From an uncultured Bacteroidales bacterium (GTDB taxonomy: Bacteria; Bacteroidota; Bacteroidia; Bacteroidales; Paludibacteraceae), in NCBI GenBank assembly GCA_934725535.1, contig CAKVBV010000002.1:7575-71574 (forward strand): a DNA stretch of 64,000 bases, read 5' to 3'. A program made the translations under genes and the position numbers. The notes beneath the pieces are model-generated. The model saw only the letters and a list, made by a program, of their open reading frames with translations. It was not told the origin of the DNA and did not search any database. Below, piece by piece: positions 35,963 to 43,687 of this stretch. How positions within the stretch are numbered: position 1 is the stretch's first letter; every line of letters starts with the position of its first letter.

Positions 35963-37117
35963 TGCTTCATCCAAAGTTATCCTGAACGTGGTGCCGACAC
36001 CTACTTGTGACTGGCGGACAAAGAGTTTGCCATGGTGGAAGTCCTGAATAATACGGCGCGCAAGAGAAAGACCCAAACCCCAGCCACGTGTTTTGGTGGT
36101 ATAACCCGGGCGGAAGATGGTATTATAATGCCGCCGCTCTATTCCTTTGCCTGTGTCTGTTACGTCAATATACAGTTTATGGGTATCTCGGGTAAGGGTG
36201 ATAGTGATGTGTCCTTTGCCTTCCATACTGTCAATGGCATTCTTGCACAAATTCTCTATAACCCATTCAAACAGCGGCGGGCAGAGCAGTGCCTGCGTAT
36301 GCTCACAGCCCTCCGCCACTAATGTATATTCCACTTTGGCAGATGTGCGGGCACGCATATAGTCTATGGCGTGTGTGATTATCGGCAACACATCGGTTGG
36401 GGACAGTTCGGGTTGTGACCCTACTTTGGAGAAGCGTTCCGCTATAGTCTGCAAGCGATGTATATCCTCGTCCATCTGTGGGAGAAGCGGGTCATCAGGG
36501 TAACGTGCTTTGAGGAGTTCGTTCCAAGCATTGAGAGAAGATATCGGGGTACCTAACTGGTGAGCCGTCTCCTTGCTCAATCCTACCCACAGACTATTCT
36601 GCTCACTGCGTTGGGCAATCAGCAAGGTGATAACGGCAATGGCTATAAACGCCAATATGACCGAGAATTGGATAAACGGGAAATAGTACAGGTTGCGCAG
36701 AATGTTGGAGTCCTCAAAGTATATATATTGCACTATGTCGTTGGATATACGTACCTCTATAGGCTCCTGTGTCTCACGCAGATACTTGATTTTCTTTGCA
36801 TAGAAATCTTCCACATCGTGTTTGGGCTCCTGTACGTTGCGCGAGAGAAGCAGGTTGTAGTCTGCATCCACCATATATACGGGTATAGTGGTATTGCCCT
36901 CCATCACACGGAGAAGGAAATCGATATTGTCATCTTCATCTGCAAGGATAAACTGCCTCGTAGCCTCTGCCCATAGTTCTATCTTCTTGTGCTCCTCCTC
37001 TGCCAGTTGGTGAGCGATATAATTGCTATACAGCACACTCACCACCACAATGATGAGTATCAATGCCAAGACAACAACGCTGATATGATTCAAACTGACC
37101 CGTCTCACCTGCTGCAA
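35933..37117 (-). CDS. Sensor histidine kinase (orphan in this window)
   Basis: Two TM segments flank a periplasmic domain of about 130 aa. H-box ETAHQLGTPISSL, N-box, and G-boxes DTGKGI and GWGLGLS. The 3' end overlaps the radical SAM gene by 30 nt (convergent). Confidence 0.88.
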   Translation of the reverse strand: MQQVRRVSLNHISVVVLALILIIVVVSVLYSNYIAHQLAEEEHKKIELWAEATRQFILADEDDNIDFLLRVMEGNTTIPVYMVDADYNLLLSRNVQEPKHDVEDFYAKKIKYLRETQEPIEVRISNDIVQYIYFEDSNILRNLYYFPFIQFSVILAFIAIAVITLLIAQRSEQNSLWVGLSKETAHQLGTPISSLNAWNELLKARYPDDPLLPQMDEDIHRLQTIAERFSKVGSQPELSPTDVLPIITHAIDYMRARTSAKVEYTLVAEGCEHTQALLCPPLFEWVIENLCKNAIDSMEGKGHITITLTRDTHKLYIDVTDTGKGIERRHYNTIFRPGYTTKTRGWGLGLSLARRIIQDFHHGKLFVRQSQVGVGTTFRITLDEASHPQLESAQ

Positions 37118-37237
37118 TAAGTAACGGCTACAAAATTACAAAGAAAAGCGTATATATGCAAGTCCTATGCCCGGGGAAAGCATAAAAGTTATGCACCTCC
37201 GGCAAAAACAGTATCGATTCATATTACAAGACTCAAA

Positions 37238-37270
37238 AGGAGACTGCCTGAATGTGCCAGACAGTCTCCT
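37238..37270 (-). terminator. Intrinsic terminator downstream of the 37421..39058 gene
   Basis: aggagactg / cagtctcct stem, followed on the minus strand by TTTTGAG. Confidence 0.55.
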
Positions 37271-37420
37271 TGGACAAAATATAAACTACGGGGAACTTCT
37301 ATAACAATCCCCAACAAATGATTATACGGTTTAGGTTATTTCCATACAAACCTGCCTTTTCAGGCAACAGATACCCAATTTCAGGTATGCACACCCTTAT
37401 TTACAGGGATGGCGAAACTT

Positions 37421-39058
37421 TCACAGCATCTGTCCTAACGCATTGAACCATTGTTCTCCGCGACGGATATAGAGTTGCCCGTTGACAATCACCTTCTGTG
37501 CCTTGGTGCCGTTGTCCTGTGCTTCTATCAGCGGGGTATTCTCGGTTGCCGTGGACTTGGAGAACAGGGTCTGCATAGCAACCAAGCCTTTGAATTGCTT
37601 GTTGGCAGAGGTGAAGGATTGCGAGTCGTCCGCCACGAAACTGAGCGTCGCCTTTGTGCGGAAGGTGTAAACCAAGTTGTTGCCTGCAATAGAGGCACCA
37701 AAGATTGCCTCCATGGCAGAGGCTTTAATCAGCGGGTATGTGGCACCCATATTCAAATCCGTGTCATACGCCTGCAAGAAGATACGTGCTTGTCCTACGG
37801 GTTGTCCCCAATCGTAGTAGTATTGGTAGAGGCTGTCTCCGCGAGTGAGCAAGCATTGTGCCGTAGCGATACCTGCATTGGTGCCGATTTGTATGCCCTT
37901 CACGCACTTGCCGGCTGCGATGTCCACTTTGAGGAGAAAGGCATTGTTGGTGCCGGTGTTCGTCAGTTGTCCTGCATCGGTTTTGATACCTCCCATGAAG
38001 AAGCCCGACAAGTAGGCGTTATCCTCCACGACTGCCATACTGTTGAGGCTGAACGAGTTCTTACTATTCTCTTTGGTGCCTTCTATCAAGGTCAGTTTCT
38101 CGCACTGCAAGTCGGAGGTAAGGACTGCGAACAGGGCACTATTCGTGGTGGTCATTGCCACGGATTGTGTGCCGAGGGTTACACCGGCACCTTCAGTGGC
38201 TTTTCCGACACTGGTCGCCAAGTACAACTTGTTGTTTTCGCAGGTCAGGCTTGCCGACGAACTATTGACCTGTACCCCGCCCGTCTTGATGTAGGACAGC
38301 ATACGGAAGTCTTTGTCGAACTTGACGATAACCAGACTGCCCAGCACCTTGCCTTCTTTATCAAGTACTTCGGACTTGATGGTGTCGTTGCCTATAACCA
38401 AGCCCGGGTTGAGTACAGCCAAGAGGTAATAGTTAGTGCCGTCGGTCTTGAGGTCGCAGAACGTCATCGAAGCCGAAGCGGCATCGGCTGTGTATATCTT
38501 CGCCAAGAGTGTGGGTTCGCCTGCGGCAGAGTAACGAATAATGGCACCATACTTCTTGGAAACCGCAGCATTATAGGTCTCCTCCCATACCAAACCGGTG
38601 CCGTTGGTGCCCGTGAACTGCATGACTTTGTTGTCGCCGAGTTTGTTCTTGTCGGCGTGCTTGCCGGACACAGCCAACAGCAGTCCGCCATCGTCGGTAG
38701 GCAGCCCCGTGTAGGTGTTGTCGAAATTACCGCGGTTGCTGACGCTCGTCCAGAGGGGATTGAAGTCTTTGTCGGTCTTGGCAATGATGAAATTGGTGTT
38801 GGATTGGCTCATATTCGCCTCGAAAGGACATGTGGCAAACTCCTGCCCGAAGAGGGTCAGCGTAGGGGCGTCGCCCACGGAACTGCCCTGACCGATGATG
38901 AATACCTCGCCGTCCTGATTGCTGAGGGCTTGGCGAATGCTGGTATTGCCTGTGGAGACAGTGGTGCCTCCGTACTCCAAAGCCGTCCAGCCGACCAACT
39001 GAGCGGACATGGTCGCACTCGCGAGGAGTGCTGCTGCAAAAAGTAAACTCTTTTTCAT
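37421..39058 (-). CDS. Secreted repeat/beta-propeller-like protein with conserved C-terminal tail
   Basis: Signal peptide MKKSLLFAAALLASATMSAQ (start trimmed to 39058). The tail KVIVNGQLYIRRGEQWFNALGQ is shared with two other proteins in the window. Confidence 0.7.
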   Translation of the reverse strand: MKKSLLFAAALLASATMSAQLVGWTALEYGGTTVSTGNTSIRQALSNQDGEVFIIGQGSSVGDAPTLTLFGQEFATCPFEANMSQSNTNFIIAKTDKDFNPLWTSVSNRGNFDNTYTGLPTDDGGLLLAVSGKHADKNKLGDNKVMQFTGTNGTGLVWEETYNAAVSKKYGAIIRYSAAGEPTLLAKIYTADAASASMTFCDLKTDGTNYYLLAVLNPGLVIGNDTIKSEVLDKEGKVLGSLVIVKFDKDFRMLSYIKTGGVQVNSSSASLTCENNKLYLATSVGKATEGAGVTLGTQSVAMTTTNSALFAVLTSDLQCEKLTLIEGTKENSKNSFSLNSMAVVEDNAYLSGFFMGGIKTDAGQLTNTGTNNAFLLKVDIAAGKCVKGIQIGTNAGIATAQCLLTRGDSLYQYYYDWGQPVGQARIFLQAYDTDLNMGATYPLIKASAMEAIFGASIAGNNLVYTFRTKATLSFVADDSQSFTSANKQFKGLVAMQTLFSKSTATENTPLIEAQDNGTKAQKVIVNGQLYIRRGEQWFNALGQML

Positions 39059-39197
39059 ATTCGTAGTTTTTAAGTTTATATTGTTCGTTTTCGGGTGCAA
39101 AATTACTGCCGTTTGTCCGCTACGACAATCCTCAAAAACAGGGAATTTCGTTGTAAGGGTATCCCAAGAAGTGGGTATGCTGTCGATATTGACGGCT

Positions 39198-39263
39198 TAA
39201 TCACATACTAATCTCATACTAATCACATACTAATCACATACTAATATCATAGTCTTAACCCGA
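39198..39263 (+). repeat. TAATCACATAC-family 11-bp tandem array, copy 3
   Basis: taatcacatac, taatctcatac, taatcacatac x2, taatatcatag, tcttaacccga. Preceded by cggct. Confidence 0.9.
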
Positions 39264-39335
39264 GACTCCCCCAACCCCCTCAGAGAGGAGGCTCAATAAT
39301 ACGTATCACCTTAATAAGTACAGTATCGGCAATTT

Positions 39336-39356
39336 GACGACGCGAGCCGCGTCGTC
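39336..39356 (+). repeat. REP-like palindrome, short form
   Basis: gacgacgcg-agc-cgcgtcgtc, a perfect 9-bp stem, followed by ccccaag. Confidence 0.85.
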
Positions 39357-39419
39357 CCCCAAGTGCGCAGCAGCCTATGTCCAAAGAACTTTTTATTTGC
39401 GTAAATCGGACAAAAGCAG

Positions 39420-39427
39420 TACTTTTG
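39420..39427 (+). promoter_or_regulatory. Consensus promoter (-33 TTTG at 39396-39399, -7 TACTTTTG)
   Basis: Exact TAnnTTTG with a TTTG 20 nt upstream, which matches the canonical Bacteroides promoter spacing. Confidence 0.65.
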
Positions 39428-39432
39428 CAACC

Positions 39433-39720
39433 GTAAACATAAAAGGCGTTTATTGACGCTCTGTTCCGGCGGATTGGAATCTCGCAAGTTCTATTAACAA
39501 GCCGAACAAAGCAACGATAGATGTCCTCGTGGTATGAGTATATCTCTCGTATATGCTACATAGCGAGTACAAGTTGTGTACTTGTGACTTTGTGTTGTAG
39601 TATGTAAGAGAGCAGTATATGCTTGTATGGGCGTGGGCTTCGCGTTGTCAGTTCTCTTGTTAAGGGCAATGCGAGAGCCTCAATCCGTGGAACGACAATA
39701 GTCGATTTCCACGCTTTTTG
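39433..39720 (+). ncRNA. Candidate structured ncRNA or cis-regulatory leader (about 290 nt, class unknown)
   Basis: Bounded by the consensus promoter and an intrinsic terminator. A long-range three-segment helix pairs 39471-39501 with 39656-39686 (6+7+8 bp). There is an internal hairpin acaagt/acttgt. No credible ORF. Confidence 0.45.
39687..39720 (+). terminator. Intrinsic terminator/attenuator ending the 39433 transcript
   Basis: gtggaacgac-aata-gtcg(at)ttccac stem followed by GCTTTTTGTGTTTG. Confidence 0.7.
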
Positions 39721-39923
39721 TGTTTGTACCTACCGGAGTATAAACATAAAATGACAAGCCTATGACATAGTACCCTACTATCGTGTGCATACCTTGAAAA
39801 ACAGGGGATGGAAAGATTGCCGTAATCCGTCTTTGTATGCACGCCTTTCACCATTCGGCACATATATGGAGTATTGCGAAAAGCCATGAACAAGTGAGTA
39901 GCAAACAAATACACAACTATAAA

Positions 39924-40814
39924 ATGAAAACAATAAAATTATTAGCAATTCTTTGCTTATCTATCGTATGCAGCCACTCGTATGCTGCACAAGTGGGAGA
40001 TATTATATTGGTAGATGGTTATCCCGCCATCGTTATATACACCAACGAAACAGGAGAGCATGGTTTAGTATGTTCTTCCAAAGCAATCAGCAACTTGGAA
40101 TTTGAGCAAATAGTTAAAGAGAAAATCAAGAAGGAAGATATGGGAGAGGAAGAGGCTAAAGAGGCTGCACTGACAGAGATAGGCAGACCTTTATTAGTAT
40201 ATATGAACAGAGACGATAAACAAGTGAGAAAAAACACTGAAGCATTAAGCGCATCTAACTCTATTTACGGGAAAGAGAATGCTGAACAGATATTAGCATA
40301 TTGTGAAACCAACGACATTGATATGGCAGCCTATTTTCCAGAACAATACTGGGCAACCCAATTAGGAGAAGGCTGGTTCATTCCCGGAGTGTACGAATTA
40401 GAACTGTATGCCAAATTCCTAACCAATGGTCGTGAACTTGGTAAGAAAGGAAAACTGACAGGTAAAGCATACTCAGAATTTTTGATTAGAAATAGTGCTA
40501 TATGTGGCAAAGTTGTGGGAGATTATGGAACATCGTTCAATCTTCCATACAGGGCGATGTCCTCAACACTCGTTAATAGTACATGGGGGAAAGATAAAGC
40601 AAACAAAAAACTAATAGGAAAGGTACCTGCATCTGCGTATGGTGGAGGTACTCTTCTTCAGTTAATGACAATGGTTGTTGATGCATCTGTCCGTGCCGCT
40701 CATAAATCTGAATTTTTGAGTTTATATCTACTTGGTGGCATTGGTTTTCAGTTCAAGTTTGTAACAAATCAAGTAGATAATGATGGAAATGTCATTGCAG
40801 TCAAAGAATTCTAA
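39924..40814 (+). CDS. Secreted hypothetical protein (DUF1566/Lcl C-terminal-like)
   Basis: Signal peptide MKTIKLLAILCLSIVCSHSYA. The motifs VGDIILVDGYPAIVIY..GEHGLVCS and GWFIPGVYELELY resemble DUF1566 proteins; from memory. Start trimmed to 39924. Confidence 0.6.
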   Translation: MKTIKLLAILCLSIVCSHSYAAQVGDIILVDGYPAIVIYTNETGEHGLVCSSKAISNLEFEQIVKEKIKKEDMGEEEAKEAALTEIGRPLLVYMNRDDKQVRKNTEALSASNSIYGKENAEQILAYCETNDIDMAAYFPEQYWATQLGEGWFIPGVYELELYAKFLTNGRELGKKGKLTGKAYSEFLIRNSAICGKVVGDYGTSFNLPYRAMSSTLVNSTWGKDKANKKLIGKVPASAYGGGTLLQLMTMVVDASVRAAHKSEFLSLYLLGGIGFQFKFVTNQVDNDGNVIAVKEF

Positions 40815-40833
40815 TCATTCAAGTATTATCTTT

Positions 40834-41514
40834 ATGAAAACAACCAAGTTTTATTTCATTCTACTGCTTTGTGGAATAGCACTATTCACCTCCTGCTCAA
40901 CCGCTCTACAAGGAATACAAAGTATTCCGCGTCAGCAGCAACAATTCGGGAAAGAGAATATGGAGTTTATCGGCTTCAAGAACATAAGCCGCAACAATGT
41001 AATGCTTCGCGACTTCGGCACAGAGTTGGAGCGTAGTCATATCGCTATCAACAAGCAGAACTTCTATATGGGTATTTTCTCTTTGCAAGAGTTGGAGACA
41101 TATAAATCCACTATGAGATACGTTACATTCGTAGATGTAATCAAACACTCGTACACAAAGAATGATATGATTGAGCATAAACCCGGCTTGGAGATAGTAG
41201 GCTGGGTGGTCGCCGGACTAACATGTTTTACGTTATTTCCTGTTTATCTCCCTATGATTTGTAGTGCAGGAGGCAATGCTTGCCAAATCAACCTCAATTG
41301 CGAATACCAATTATACGTGTATGATACCGTAAAGAAGGAGGTAGTATTGACTACGCCTATCGAAATCAAACAAAGTGATTTATATAGGGGACAATTTGGA
41401 CATAAAGAAACCGATAAGGCGGCTGTGAATGAGAGATATAAGAACATCCTGTTCAACACCTTGTTGGAGAACTATGCCAATGCGTATAACTTTGTGAAGA
41501 ATATCAACGAATAG
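40834..41514 (+). CDS. Hypothetical lipoprotein with an internal hydrophobic segment
   Basis: Lipobox LFTSCS (start trimmed to 40834). Hydrophobic stretch EIVGWVVAGLTCFTLFPVYLPMI. Confidence 0.55.
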   Translation: MKTTKFYFILLLCGIALFTSCSTALQGIQSIPRQQQQFGKENMEFIGFKNISRNNVMLRDFGTELERSHIAINKQNFYMGIFSLQELETYKSTMRYVTFVDVIKHSYTKNDMIEHKPGLEIVGWVVAGLTCFTLFPVYLPMICSAGGNACQINLNCEYQLYVYDTVKKEVVLTTPIEIKQSDLYRGQFGHKETDKAAVNERYKNILFNTLLENYANAYNFVKNINE

Positions 41515-41546
41515 TAATCCCAATAGGATTTTCGACAAACACGACA

Positions 41547-41586
41547 AGAGGCTGTCTAACAAGTATCGTTGGGCAGCCTTTGTTTG
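41547..41586 (+). terminator. Intrinsic terminator (AAGAGGCTGTCTAACAAGT family)
   Basis: aggctgtc / gggcagcct stem followed by TTGTTTG. Confidence 0.6.
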
Positions 41587-41700
41587 CAGAATATGCAAAA
41601 AGGTCATTTCTCATAGCAACTGCATCAAAACAATAGCATACTTAGTATCATTCAAAAATATGTATGGCATTATGCTGTTTTCTAAATACTATTTACATCT

Positions 41701-41815
41701 AACGACGCGAGCCGATAAGGAGTTCTACTCAAGTTGCAGGGCTCGTTTTCGCTACGGCACTTCTGTATGACGACGCGAGCCGCGTCGTCCCCCAGCACAG
41801 CATAGTCATACGGTT
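41701..41815 (+). repeat. REP-like element, long form (best preserved)
   Basis: aacgacgcgagcc + 55-nt insert + gacgacgcgagccgcgtcgtc (41769-41789) + ccccagcacagcatagtcatacgg. Confidence 0.85.
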
Positions 41816-41928
41816 TGTACCAAACCGACCGCGGACGAGGACGTCCGCGTCTCCGGAATGATACGCAATTTTGGTGCGGTTGCCCCGAATGAAGTTTACA
41901 AAGACTTGCAAGTTTGCAAGAAATGTTA

Positions 41929-41936
41929 TATCTTTG
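41929..41936 (+). promoter_or_regulatory. -7 promoter motif TATCTTTG for the 41964 gene
   Basis: Exact TAnnTTTG about 28 nt upstream of the ATG. Confidence 0.55.
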
Positions 41937-41963
41937 CAAGCAGAAATCAAAGGTAATACGATT

Positions 41964-43514
41964 ATGAAAAAGGGTATAATGCTATGTGTACTTGCCATGC
42001 TGTTTGCTGTGGCAGAGGGTAGCAACCCGTTTACTACGGGCAGTTTTCAATTAGTAACAGATGTCTCGCAACTATCCGACTCCGACCAAATCATCATAGG
42101 CGTGAACGCTGCGGGCGTAAACAAAATCATGGGCTACTATGATGCAGACAAGTCGAAGAATAATATCCGCGCCATAGCAGGGCAATACACCGACAACCGC
42201 ACACGCGTAACAGCCAACGATGATGCGACTTACACGTTGCACAAGACGGAATTGAACGGGAAGGAAGCCTTTTACATACAGGACGAAATACATTACGTGG
42301 AGGCATATCTCGTAGCCAGCGGCGGCAAGACTAAGAACGTGTTGGCAGCGTGGAACAAACTGACCGACAGCAAGACCTACGGCAACTATGGCTATTGGGA
42401 CATCAGCGTGGCTGATAATGGTGCCGCTACGATTATGAACCTCGGGAACAGCAAAGGCAAATACTTGCAGTATAATGCCAGCAACGCACTCTTTGCCTGC
42501 TACGAAACCCCAAGCAGCCAAACACCTGTGTGCATATACCGCTATGTGGCTCCGCTGGGCGACACCACCATGATACTGGTCCCGATGACAGATTTCGGGT
42601 TGGTATGCAAGACGGGCGAGCGTGCCACAGGTAGCAGGACCATCACGGTATATGCCAACGGAACAGAGGAGGATATTCGCGTGCAGTTGAAGCATGGTGC
42701 GCCGTTTGCATTGTCAACCACACAGACAGGGCACGAAGGCGGCGACATTACCATCTCTTATGATGTCGCTGACACAGGCATCTACCAAGACACGCTGCTC
42801 CTTACAAGCGGAGACATAACCGCCGAAGCCGTAATCGGGTTGCAAGTAACCAAACCAATGAAAGTGGCAGAAGCCGTACGGGCGGAGGACAATAGTACGC
42901 TATATTTGGACACTGTGGTGGTGACCAAGAAGTACGACCACTACATCTTTGTGCGCGACGCTACGGGTTCTATGCTCATCTTCGACACCGGTGATGCCGC
43001 CGGCAAACGGTATGGCAAAGATTTGGAGAACGGACACGTGCTGGTAGGTGCAACCGGTAAGTTTGTGAACTACTATGGAGTACCCGAACTGCTGCCGTCA
43101 GCCAAGTGGCGCGTACTATCCAAGCAAGTGGAATGTCTGCCTGAACGGTTTGCACAGGAGACGACACAAGGAAATGTGGACTCGGCTATGGTCTGCCGCT
43201 ATATGCGCTTCGACAATGTGATGATTGACGACAACGATATGGCGACATCGGCATTGCTATCCCCCGTCAAAGCGACGGAGAACATCGGGGGCAGACTGAT
43301 CCACAATACACTGACCACATTGGATGCTATTGTGATGCTCTCGCACGACGAAGTACAGTTGTGGCTCGTCAGACAGGAGAAAGTCTCCACAGATACAGAC
43401 ACCCTTTCCGCCCCTTATGACGACAGCATGCCATGCAAGAAGATTCAAGATGGAAAAGTGGTTATCATACGCGGAGGGAACACCTATTCTACCACCGGTT
43501 TGCAGATAAAATGA
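41964..43514 (+). CDS. Secreted hypothetical protein with OB-like domain and conserved C-terminal tail
   Basis: Signal peptide MKKGIMLCVLAMLFAVAEG (start trimmed). One segment (YIFVRDATGSMLIFD...GKFVNYYGVPEL) resembles the OB-like segment of the 17956 nuclease. Tail KIQDGKVVIIRGGNTYSTTGLQIK. Confidence 0.65.
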   Translation: MKKGIMLCVLAMLFAVAEGSNPFTTGSFQLVTDVSQLSDSDQIIIGVNAAGVNKIMGYYDADKSKNNIRAIAGQYTDNRTRVTANDDATYTLHKTELNGKEAFYIQDEIHYVEAYLVASGGKTKNVLAAWNKLTDSKTYGNYGYWDISVADNGAATIMNLGNSKGKYLQYNASNALFACYETPSSQTPVCIYRYVAPLGDTTMILVPMTDFGLVCKTGERATGSRTITVYANGTEEDIRVQLKHGAPFALSTTQTGHEGGDITISYDVADTGIYQDTLLLTSGDITAEAVIGLQVTKPMKVAEAVRAEDNSTLYLDTVVVTKKYDHYIFVRDATGSMLIFDTGDAAGKRYGKDLENGHVLVGATGKFVNYYGVPELLPSAKWRVLSKQVECLPERFAQETTQGNVDSAMVCRYMRFDNVMIDDNDMATSALLSPVKATENIGGRLIHNTLTTLDAIVMLSHDEVQLWLVRQEKVSTDTDTLSAPYDDSMPCKKIQDGKVVIIRGGNTYSTTGLQIK

Positions 43515-43529
43515 CACCTTTATCTACTA

Positions 43530-43567
43530 CGCAAGCAGGATACCAAGTGTGTCCTGCTTGCGTTTTG
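43530..43567 (+). terminator. Intrinsic terminator after the 41964 gene
   Basis: cgcaagcagga / tcctgcttgcg 11-bp stem followed by TTTTG. Confidence 0.8.
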
Positions 43568-43622
43568 ATACCACCAGACCGGTAAAAAGCGAGTTTGATT
43601 TGGGTATGTAGAAAATAAGTCG

Positions 43623-43630
43623 TACCTTTG
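43623..43630 (+). promoter_or_regulatory. -7 promoter motif TACCTTTG for korAB
   Basis: Exact TAnnTTTG about 58 nt upstream of the ATG at 43688. Confidence 0.55.
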
Positions 43631-43687
43631 CACCGATTTTGAGCGGCGGTCGTATGCCGATTGCCGCACCTTAAACAAAAAGATATT

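Noticed and set aside
34356-37117. Genomic island integrated at tRNA-Leu.
   Set aside because: There is no integrase, no direct repeat of the tRNA 3' end downstream, and only modest compositional contrast. It is reported only as a gene-pair observation.
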